Below are positions 1-6,677 of a stretch of DNA of 32,000 nt, piece by piece. This DNA comes from Ruminococcus albus 7 = DSM 20455. Lineage in GTDB: Bacteria > Bacillota > Clostridia > Oscillospirales > Ruminococcaceae. The DNA lies in the NCBI RefSeq assembly GCF_000179635.2, contig NC_014833.1:1680001-1712000 (forward strand), given 5' to 3'. The position numbers were made by a program, and so were the translations under genes. The notes beneath the pieces were generated by a model. The model was not told the origin of the DNA, did no database searches, and worked only from the letters and a program-made list of their open reading frames with translations. Each line of letters starts with the position of its first letter. Within the stretch, counting starts at the first letter, position 1.

Positions 1-1
1 G

Positions 2-1822
2 ATAAAGCAGGTTGAGAACGGCAAGACCACGACCTATACCTTTGACAAGCAGAACAGGCTCGTCAGAGCAACCATTTCGAGCGGTCAGAATGTTACGGTC
101 GAGGAGTATAGGTACGATTACGCAGGCAACAGAACTGCAAAAATAACCGAGGGCGAAACTACCAATTATGTAGTTGATACCAACAGTGCGCTTGCTCAGG
201 TCCTTTATGAAACTGACGGCACGGGCAGCTTGAAAACCTATTACACCAGAGGCAGTGAGCTTATTAGCTTACAGCGTGAGCACGAAGAACGCTACTATTT
301 GTATGACGGTCACGGCAATGTCAGAAGACTTACCGACGAGGACGGTGCTGTAACCGATACCTACGATTATGATGCGTTTGGAAACCTTACAGAGCATACG
401 GGCGAGACCGAGAACAGCTATCTCTATTGCGGTGAACAGTATGATGCAAATACAGGTTTCTACTATCTCCGTGCAAGATATATGAACCCGTCAACGGGGA
501 CATTTATCTCGATGGACAGCTATCAAGGCTCGATGTTTGATCCTGTAAGTCTGCATAAGTATCTGTATGCTAATGCGAATCCGGTGATGAATTGCGACCC
601 GACAGGTTATTTCACGATTGGGGAATGTGATGTCAGTGCAGCTATTCAAGGTGTTCTGGATAAGCTGATTACTCCTAAACTTATTCAGGTATTTAATCGT
701 ATCAACGATCTTGCCACTATTTATGAAACAGGTAAGCAAGTTGTAATGATCTTGACAGACCCTGATATGTCTGCATGGGATGTTGTGTTTGCCCTTGGTC
801 GTGGTGTTATCACAGGTTTGTTCATTAACCATATGTGTGCTATGAAACGCATTGGACCTATCATAAGTAAAATTATGGTTGGTTACGGTCTTGTGTCACA
901 ATGGGAAAGCATAATGGATGCCGCCAAAGACGGAGATTGGGATTTAGTTGCAACTCGTTCTATACAGTTTGTGGTTCAGCTTATCACAATGCACCAAAAC
1001 TGCTTTACCGGGGATACTCTGGTTGCGGCAGAGGACGGACAGATACGCATTGACGAAATTAAAGTCGGCGATAAGGTTTGGGCATATAATGTTGAAACCG
1101 GAGAAACCGAGCTTAAAGGAGTTAAGCAAGTCTACATTCACGAAACAGATGAGCTTTTACACCTATACACTTCTGTTGGTGCAATAGATACTACTTCTAA
1201 TCACCCATTTTACGTGCTTGGAGAAGGCTGGGTTGCCGCAGGTGACTTGGCTGTCGGCGATGAGATCTACTCTCTTGACGGAACGATTGGTATTGTCACC
1301 GGTTCTCAGTTTGAAAAGCTTGATGTGCCTATCAAGGTTTATAATCTTGAAGTTGCTGACTTCAATACATACTTTGTCGGCGATAATGCGGTTTTGGTGC
1401 ATAATTATTCTGATGGTGCAGATACAATGCACTATCCTAAGAAGGCACAAGATATCGATTTACGTGGTACAGGAACCAACTATCGTGATGCATTAGATAT
1501 CGCATTTGAACAGACTGGTTATCCAAAAGAACAGTTTATGGTTTCAAAGTGGGCAAGAGATATAAATGGTAAGTCTATACCAGTGGAATACATGGGACCG
1601 AATGGTTCATATGTTGACATAGATATAGCTCATTTGTCAAGTTTTGATAGAAATGGTAATTGGGCTACTGGACCAGATGTGCCACATGTAGGTTGGCAAA
1701 CTGGAAGAAGCAATAAAACAACAGGTCATATTTTACTTGATGATGTTCCAACAGGAAGAGATTATTGCTATTCTGATTTATCATCGCAAATCGCCAAAAT
1801 ATTAAAGCAATTCGGTTTATAA
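2..1822 (+). CDS. RHS/YD-repeat polymorphic toxin, C-terminal part (5' end lies upstream of the window). Layout: YD repeats, RHS core (ends at DPTG, ~nt 607), hydrophobic pre-toxin linker, PT-HINT (1001-1405), C-terminal toxin domain (1406-1819, family not recognised).
   Basis: Frame 2 is open from nt 2 (IKQVENGKTTTYTFDKQNRLV...), so the TTG at 230 in the ORF track is not the true start. YD-type repeats are present (YRYDYAGNR, YLYDGHGNVRRLTDEDG, YDYDAFGN). The RHS core signature reads YCGEQYDANTGFYYLRARYMNPSTGTFISMD...DPVSLHKYLYANANPVMNCDPTG. Hint motifs follow: CFTGDTLV...TSNHPFYV...VLVHN. Confidence 0.9.
   Translation: MKQVENGKTTTYTFDKQNRLVRATISSGQNVTVEEYRYDYAGNRTAKITEGETTNYVVDTNSALAQVLYETDGTGSLKTYYTRGSELISLQREHEERYYLYDGHGNVRRLTDEDGAVTDTYDYDAFGNLTEHTGETENSYLYCGEQYDANTGFYYLRARYMNPSTGTFISMDSYQGSMFDPVSLHKYLYANANPVMNCDPTGYFTIGECDVSAAIQGVLDKLITPKLIQVFNRINDLATIYETGKQVVMILTDPDMSAWDVVFALGRGVITGLFINHMCAMKRIGPIISKIMVGYGLVSQWESIMDAAKDGDWDLVATRSIQFVVQLITMHQNCFTGDTLVAAEDGQIRIDEIKVGDKVWAYNVETGETELKGVKQVYIHETDELLHLYTSVGAIDTTSNHPFYVLGEGWVAAGDLAVGDEIYSLDGTIGIVTGSQFEKLDVPIKVYNLEVADFNTYFVGDNAVLVHNYSDGADTMHYPKKAQDIDLRGTGTNYRDALDIAFEQTGYPKEQFMVSKWARDINGKSIPVEYMGPNGSYVDIDIAHLSSFDRNGNWATGPDVPHVGWQTGRSNKTTGHILLDDVPTGRDYCYSDLSSQIAKILKQFGL
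1001..1405 (+). repeat. HINT-domain coding block, copy 1 (5' homology handle of the toxin cassettes)
   Basis: Runs from Cys codon 1001-1003 (CFTGDTLV) to His-Asn 1400-1405. It aligns at the nucleotide and protein level with 2489-2896 and, for its 3' half, with 3790-3974. Confidence 0.85.
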
Positions 1823-1835
1823 GGGAGTGCTATTA

Positions 1836-2291
1836 ATGATTGAAGATTTAATAGAATATTGTGTTAAAGGTGATATTAGCTATCGAATTATATCAAACGA
1901 TGAGAAAGAAAAGATTAAAGGTTATATAAATGAACGATATCTTGATAAAAATAGAAAAAGTGGACGTACACTTTTCGACCATTTAAAAATCAGCGAAAGT
2001 GTTACTGCTGATGCTGTTGATTCATGGCAATGGTTGAAGCAGTTTTTCAAAGAGAAAAAGGCGGTTGCTTTTTTTAGATATGATGAAGAACAATACGTTG
2101 AATTGTATGATAGTAGTCTTTTCTTTGAATTCTATGATGATTATGCAGCAATTGAGTTCTATTTGATAGATTCAAATGGAGAATATCTATGCGGTTATAA
2201 TCATTCTCATTGTATTTTTACAATGGGAACTGCTGCCGATTGGTTAGAGAACAATGAGCAATATCGAAATTATTATGGATATGATTTGTGA
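1836..2291 (+). CDS. Candidate cognate immunity protein for the RHS C-terminal toxin (151 aa, acidic, no recognised family)
   Basis: An ORF lies immediately downstream of the toxin stop (1820-1822). RBS AAGGGAG at 1821-1827 sits 8 nt before ATG 1836; the GTG at 1827 in the track lies inside the RBS. The position is typical for a polymorphic-toxin immunity gene, and a strong terminator follows. Confidence 0.7.
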   Translation: MIEDLIEYCVKGDISYRIISNDEKEKIKGYINERYLDKNRKSGRTLFDHLKISESVTADAVDSWQWLKQFFKEKKAVAFFRYDEEQYVELYDSSLFFEFYDDYAAIEFYLIDSNGEYLCGYNHSHCIFTMGTAADWLENNEQYRNYYGYDL

Positions 2292-2360
2292 TTTGAATAT
2301 GTGGCTGATTGTCGAAAAAGTATAATGATATTTTCGATCTATTTGCCGAGGTCAAAATAA
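2277..2360 (+). repeat. 3' cassette handle, copy 1 (relic of an immunity-gene tail plus downstream sequence)
   Basis: GGATATGAT[TTGT]GATTTGAATATGTGGCTGATTGTCGAAAAAGTATAATGA...CTATTTGCCGAGGTCAAAATAA aligns with 3666-3744. A 4-nt indel (TTGT) creates the TGA stop of the first immunity gene. Confidence 0.8.
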
Positions 2361-2380
2361 ACTGACCTCGGCAATTTTTT
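2343..2380 (+). terminator. Rho-independent terminator after the toxin/immunity pair
   Basis: Perfect 12-bp stem TTGCCGAGGTCA / TGACCTCGGCAA with an 8-nt loop, followed by TTTTTT (2375-2380). Confidence 0.85.
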
Positions 2381-2389
2381 GCAAACCAC

Positions 2390-2418
2390 TTGACAAAACA
2401 TTAAACTTATGGCAAAAT
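2390..2418 (+). promoter_or_regulatory. Possible sigma-70-type promoter upstream of orphan cassette 1
   Basis: Perfect -35 TTGACA (2390-2395), 17-nt spacer, weak -10 CAAAAT (2413-2418) preceded by TGG. The -10 is weak and no RBS precedes ATG 2471, so this call is tentative. Confidence 0.3.
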
Positions 2419-2470
2419 ATAGATAAGCGAATGATTTTTTGTATGTTCAATACAGCTTCTGCTTTCACTC

Positions 2471-3256
2471 ATGTCTCTGCATCAGAACTGCTTTACAGGA
2501 GAAACACTTGTATCGACTGAGGACGGACAGAAGAGAATCGACGAGATAGAAGTCGGTGACAAGGTATGGGCGTATGACATATACACTGGAAAAACAGAGC
2601 TTAAAGAAGATCTGACAGTATATGTTCACGATGATGAGACAGAGATACTCCACCTTCACACAACAGCCGGCGACATAGACACAACAACAAATCACCCATT
2701 CTATGTAAACGGCAGAGGCTGGGTAGCTGCAGGCGACTTAACTGTTGGTGATGAGATTTATCAGCTTGACGGGTCAATTGCTGTTGTTACTGGTTCGCAG
2801 TTTGAGAAGCTTGATGTGCCTGTTAAGGTTTATAACCTTGATGTTGAAGATTTCCATTCTTACTTTGTTGGTGATGTGCCGGTTTTGGTGCATAATTATG
2901 GTGGTTCAAGTGATGATACTCCAAATACGCTCTACCATTACACAAATGAAAAGGGTCAAAATGCAATTTTAGAATCAAATGAATTGAAACCTTCGCTTAA
3001 AGCTAACAACCCAAATGATGCAAGATTTGGTGACGGTCAATATTTATCAGACCTTTTACCAGATGAATATTCGCCAATACAATTAGCGTCTCGGTTCATC
3101 CACAGACCAAACCGATACAAGTATACCCATTTTATAGAAATTTTAGTTGAAGGACTAAACGTTGTAAAAGGACGTGACGGAGTATATGTCATTCCTAATC
3201 AAGATTCTTTAGATTTGACTGGAAGAATTATACGATGGGGTAAAGTTGGGAGTTGA
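2471..3256 (+). CDS. Orphan toxin cassette 1: complete PT-HINT domain fused to a different C-terminal toxin (possible HYD1-type ADP-ribosyltransferase-like domain)
   Basis: The ORF starts 6 codons before the Hint Cys (MSLHQN-CFTGETLV). The Hint block 2489-2896 is homologous to 1001-1405 and ends VLVHN-YG. The tail LYHYTNEKGQNAILESNELKPS...ARFGDGQYLSDL resembles the H-Y-D signature of Tox-ART-HYD1 as I recall it (unverified). There is no RHS or delivery region and no RBS. Confidence 0.75.
   Translation: MSLHQNCFTGETLVSTEDGQKRIDEIEVGDKVWAYDIYTGKTELKEDLTVYVHDDETEILHLHTTAGDIDTTTNHPFYVNGRGWVAAGDLTVGDEIYQLDGSIAVVTGSQFEKLDVPVKVYNLDVEDFHSYFVGDVPVLVHNYGGSSDDTPNTLYHYTNEKGQNAILESNELKPSLKANNPNDARFGDGQYLSDLLPDEYSPIQLASRFIHRPNRYKYTHFIEILVEGLNVVKGRDGVYVIPNQDSLDLTGRIIRWGKVGS
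2489..2896 (+). repeat. HINT-domain coding block, copy 2
   Basis: Aligns with 1001-1405 over its full length and with 3790-3974 over its 3' half; I estimate ~93% nucleotide identity to the latter by eye. Confidence 0.85.
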
Positions 3257-3710
3257 TAGTACGGTATATATTTGTATTTCATTCTCTGATGATAAATATT
3301 ACATGGAACTAAATAAGGAAAATGTAGCTTTAAGAGAAATAATACTCCATTCAAAATCATCCATATTCGAGATATCATGTTTTGATGATTGTTTAGCAGA
3401 AGGAGAAGTGGACATTCGCCAAACTGAAGGAGAGATTCTAAAACTCACAAAAGAGCAATTCGAGGAAGTTTGGCAAGGCTATACCGCTCCGTGTAGACCT
3501 GAATGGAATAGAGTAAAAGAATCTATGACTATTGGTACACTTTTAAATATGAAACAGTGTTACATTTATCCGCAAGGAATTATACTTAAACAAAATCATA
3601 TAACAGGATTGTGTAAAAAAATTGACGATTTTTCGTTAAATAAAATTGTAACAGTAAAGATAACCGGGTATGATGATTTGAATATGTGGTTAATTGCCGA
3701 AAAAATATAA
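3246..3710 (+). CDS. Candidate immunity protein for orphan toxin 1 (about 154 aa)
   Basis: The ORF overlaps the toxin stop (3254-3256). Start is uncertain: TTG 3246 or ATG 3303. The C-terminus GYDDLNMWLIAEKI is the intact version of the tail relic seen at 2277-2330. Confidence 0.6.
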   Translation: MGVDSTVYICISFSDDKYYMELNKENVALREIILHSKSSIFEISCFDDCLAEGEVDIRQTEGEILKLTKEQFEEVWQGYTAPCRPEWNRVKESMTIGTLLNMKQCYIYPQGIILKQNHITGLCKKIDDFSLNKIVTVKITGYDDLNMWLIAEKI

Positions 3711-3744
3711 TAAGATTAGAACTATTTGCCCAGGTCAAGATAAT
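3666..3744 (+). repeat. 3' cassette handle, copy 2
   Basis: GGGTATGATGATTTGAATATGTGGTTAATTGCCGAAAAAATATAATAA...CTATTTGCCCAGGTCAAGATAA aligns with 2277-2360. The terminator hairpin present in copy 1 is missing here. Confidence 0.8.
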
Positions 3745-3789
3745 CTCAAAGTTTCGTCTCTTTTTTTGGTACTGTAAAGACAATTTGTC

Positions 3790-3974
3790 GGCTGGGTTTG
3801 GTTGCCGCAGGTGACTTGGCTGTTGGTGATGAGATTTATCAGCTTGACGGTTCAATTGCTGTTGTTACTGGTTCGCAGTTTGAAAAGCTTGATGTGCCTG
3901 TTAAGGTTTATAATCTTGAGGTTGAGGATTTCCATTCCTATTTTGTTGGTGATGTGCCGGTTTTGGTGCATAAC
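3790..3974 (+). repeat. HINT-domain coding block, copy 3 (3' half only)
   Basis: Near-identical to 2712-2896 by eye. Ends at CAT AAC (His-Asn) 3969-3974. Confidence 0.8.
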
Positions 3975-4229
3975 TATGGGAATGATGAACATCTGCCAAC
4001 ATATAATACGCCAGGAACTGGACCATTAAATAAATACGACGAATACGGTAATATTATCCAAACAAAGTATTATGACGAGTATGGTAGGCAAATAGGTTGG
4101 GTCGATTTTACCGATCATGGGTATCCTGATGTCCATACAATACCACATTGGCACGAAGTGATTTATAATGTTATTTTCCCAGATGGAAAAATAATCAATC
4201 ATAGAATGGATCCAAATCCACCATTTTAA
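3798..4229 (+). CDS. Orphan toxin cassette 2: 5'-truncated HINT (C-terminal half only) fused to a third, unrelated toxin domain. Probably not expressed on its own.
   Basis: Homology to the other HINT blocks begins abruptly at ~3790 (GGCTGGGTT) with a 5-nt TGGTT insertion. The protein reads (G)WVAAGDLAVGDEIYQLDG...VLVHN-YGNDEHL... The tail has YDEYGN / YYDEYGR repeats and the His-rich stretch DHGYPDVHTIPHWHE. The only start available is TTG 3798. Confidence 0.6.
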   Translation: MVAAGDLAVGDEIYQLDGSIAVVTGSQFEKLDVPVKVYNLEVEDFHSYFVGDVPVLVHNYGNDEHLPTYNTPGTGPLNKYDEYGNIIQTKYYDEYGRQIGWVDFTDHGYPDVHTIPHWHEVIYNVIFPDGKIINHRMDPNPPF

Positions 4230-4553
4230 CTAATTCCTGAATCTGCAAAGTTCATGTGTATTAAAATAGTAAAAGCATTGATATTTCAACGTTAAATTTA
4301 CTGTTTCATAGTACAATTATAGGTTATCAGTTGGGTGAAGTCACAAATAGTTATTATATCGCTAATAAACTGCGTTATATTGCTGTATTTTTCGCATATT
4401 TGTTGATTGAACTTTGCGGATTAAGGTAATTCTTTGTAAATTCTAAATGTTGTATGTCGAATGAAAAGAGTAATGTATTATTTGTTTGTACATTATTTTT
4501 AAAAAGGTATTCAATATTTAGCATTAACGATATACTAATAGGGAGGGATAAAG

Positions 4554-4901
4554 ATACTATTTACTTTAGATGATAGTAACTTTAATACTAGTAAGATCAT
4601 CAATATAATAAATGCAATTTCTACCATTGATAATAAAAATACTTATTTTATAATTAAACAATACGAGATTGCATTATTAAATAAGTACTATGATTGTTAT
4701 GAATTACCTAATGATTTAATAACAACTTTTGTTAAAATGCAAATTAAGAGTAATGGATTTGCTTGCATAGATTATTCCATGTTTATGCAGTCATTAAATG
4801 AATGCAGGACAGTATATTATGGTTTAATTGAAGCATATTCCTCTAATAATAAGCTTTTTCAATTAAAAATCCATGACGGTGATATTATAGAAATCGATTA
4901 A
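4554..4901 (+). pseudogene. Immunity-like open frame with no canonical start codon (115 sense codons). It may continue by a frameshift to the stop at 5024-5026.
   Basis: The frame is open from 4542 to TAA 4899-4901 in ~25% GC DNA, where stop codons should be frequent. A strong RBS GGGAGGG (4541-4547) lies 6 nt before ATA 4554. The first ATG/GTG/TTG in frame is far downstream, so the ORF track missed it. A second open frame (4891-5026, ...KAAQQLGIEKVKVDVIISYEESNELGITQLEIFKPVPKQYR) abuts it. The merged length of ~157 codons matches the neighbouring immunity ORFs. Confidence 0.4.
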
Positions 4902-5036
4902 AAGCGGCACAACAACTTGGCATTGAAAAGGTAAAAGTTGATGTAATAATATCATATGAAGAGTCTAACGAGTTGGGAATAACTCAATTAGAAATATTTA
5001 AGCCTGTTCCAAAACAATATAGGTAATGATGGTAAA

Positions 5037-5504
5037 ATGGGATTTGAAAGTTATTCATGCAAAGTTGTGATGGACAATTCAGATAATGATGGTGTACTTA
5101 ATGAATTTAACAATACTGTATCAAATATTTTGGATTTAAAAGTAAAAGAATTTAATAGTTACTATATTTATAAAAATATAGAAATTTATGTAGAAAAAGA
5201 AAACTTTGTTTCTTTTATTTTGAAGGGTTGTTTTATTTGTTATAATCAAGGATTAGATCAAATGATCGATATAATTAATTGTATAAAAGAAGTTGGTAAT
5301 GTACGCATATATTGCTTAGATCAATTAATTGATGATATTTCTTTTAAAACAAATATAAAGATACTATACAAAGAAAAGCAGGATTTTTTTGATAAAAAAT
5401 ATTCTAATATTATAGTAGAAACAACTTGTACTGGTTTTTATAGAATAAAGCCCTATATTGACTTTATGTTAAAAATAAAAAGTAAATTAGGGTTCTATAA
5501 ATGA
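5037..5504 (+). CDS. Hypothetical AT-rich protein (155 aa), possibly an orphan immunity protein at the end of the toxin locus
   Basis: Intact ORF in very AT-rich DNA, with size and composition similar to the other immunity candidates. Only a weak RBS. GC content rises sharply immediately after its stop (TGA 5502-5504). Confidence 0.55.
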   Translation: MGFESYSCKVVMDNSDNDGVLNEFNNTVSNILDLKVKEFNSYYIYKNIEIYVEKENFVSFILKGCFICYNQGLDQMIDIINCIKEVGNVRIYCLDQLIDDISFKTNIKILYKEKQDFFDKKYSNIIVETTCTGFYRIKPYIDFMLKIKSKLGFYK

Positions 5505-5924
5505 GCAATTTCGTCAAACTTCACGAATTTCGCGCCGAAAAGCGTACCAAAATACGCATCAGCGAAGTGGGATTCCAAAGGGGGGCACCCACACGGTGGT
5601 GCGCCCCTTATGGTGGGGTACGGGGCAAAGCCCCATTAAAATCAGCTGCGAGACTACAAACTTACCGGTCTGCACACTATTTCGAGCAGCTGCTACTTCC
5701 TTTGGGCGATATGAGCAACAGCGAACGAGCATACCCCCGAACCGTCACCGCAAAGCCGTCAAAATTGAGATTTAGTTCTGTGAAACTGATTACTAAAAAG
5801 TACGAATTTCCAATAACCCTTAGCCTACTGGCGCACCTGATTTCCGTTTCACACAAGTCATAATCAGAATTGTGGAGCATTCCACAACAGGCATAAACCC
5901 TATTGAAACGAATAACCGCAAGCT

Positions 5925-5967
5925 CTCGGAAACGCTCTGTAAGCGTTTCTGAGGGCTTTTTCTTTTC
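5925..5967 (+). terminator. Strong plus-strand intrinsic terminator inside the ORF-free left arm of the element
   Basis: 12-bp stem CTCGGAAACGCT / AGCGTTTCTGAG (one G-U pair), loop CTGTA, then GGCTTTTTCTTTTC. Confidence 0.6.
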
Positions 5968-6138
5968 AGCGGTTAGTTTTCCGCTCCGCAGGCTCGGACG
6001 GTGATGTGGAGCTTTTCCGTTCGTCTGACGGTCAAGCTGAGGTCTGCTCGGTGATGCCGTGACGGAGTTCATACGTAAGCGTATAACCCCCCGCATCATA
6101 AAAGCAAACAGCCGGGCAGATAACACCCGGCCGTAACA

Positions 6139-6677
6139 TCATATTCTGGCTTTGATTTCTCCATTTCTCTTTGCGTCCATGTATATTTCTTTGAAATCAG
6201 CTTTGCTGTTCGGACCGAATATGATCGGCATAACAGATACCAGGCCATCGGAAATGATCGCATTTTTAAATGGCAGAAGCGCTGCATCAAGCAAAGTTGG
6301 CATCGGTGCATTTCTCAGCATTTCCTCCCAACTGCTGACAATGCCGTTTACAAGAAAAACAGAATTGTCATCGATCGATATAAATACCGATCCCTTTTTC
6401 CAATGTCGCTCAATGATAAATCTGCCGGTGATGCACCCTTTCCAGCTTTTAAGTATCTCCATGTGTTCTTCGGGCAGATCCGATCGCTCAAGATAATCAT
6501 CAATGATCCATGTCCGTTCCCATAAAAGTGGGCAACCTCCGCAGCGTCCTGTGGGTCGATCATTCCTTGCCCGAAATAATCTTCCTCAGGAAGTATATGA
6601 TATTCTCTGTTCACATAGTCAAGCAGTGGAAAAAACAGTTCATAAAACAGCTTTGCATCTTCATTACTAAGTTTCAT
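6139..6677 (-). pseudogene. IS66 copy A passenger gene of unknown function (~180 aa if repaired), apparent frameshift
   Basis: Two overlapping ORFs (6348-6677 and 6139-6462) read as a single protein if one base is restored near the T-run at ~6515-6525. Its ATG overlaps the tnpC stop (GGAGGGAAGAAAATGAAA). A hairpin (GCCGGG...CCCGGC, ~6110-6132) lies between the ORF and the IS end. Confidence 0.5.

Noticed and set aside
1001-1405. The Hint domain as a bona fide mobile intein
   Set aside because: There is no homing-endonuclease insert. The +1 residue after His-Asn is Tyr, not Cys/Ser/Thr, so splicing is impossible. The flanking sequences are not a split host protein. The context (RHS core upstream, variable toxin downstream) fits a pre-toxin HINT.
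4331-4429. A 32-codon hydrophobic ORF (MGEVTNSYYIANKLRYIAVFFAYLLIELCGLR) as a small immunity peptide for orphan toxin 2
   Set aside because: It is too short, has a TTG start and a very weak RBS, and I have no way to test conservation. It is noted only as a possibility.
5501-6126. ORFs 5501-5863 (+) and 5677-6126 (-) as genes
   Set aside because: Both cross a mobile-element or IS boundary (5504/5505 and 6074/6075). Both lack an RBS and have arbitrary Arg/Ser/Leu-rich composition. The region is better described as structured non-coding DNA.
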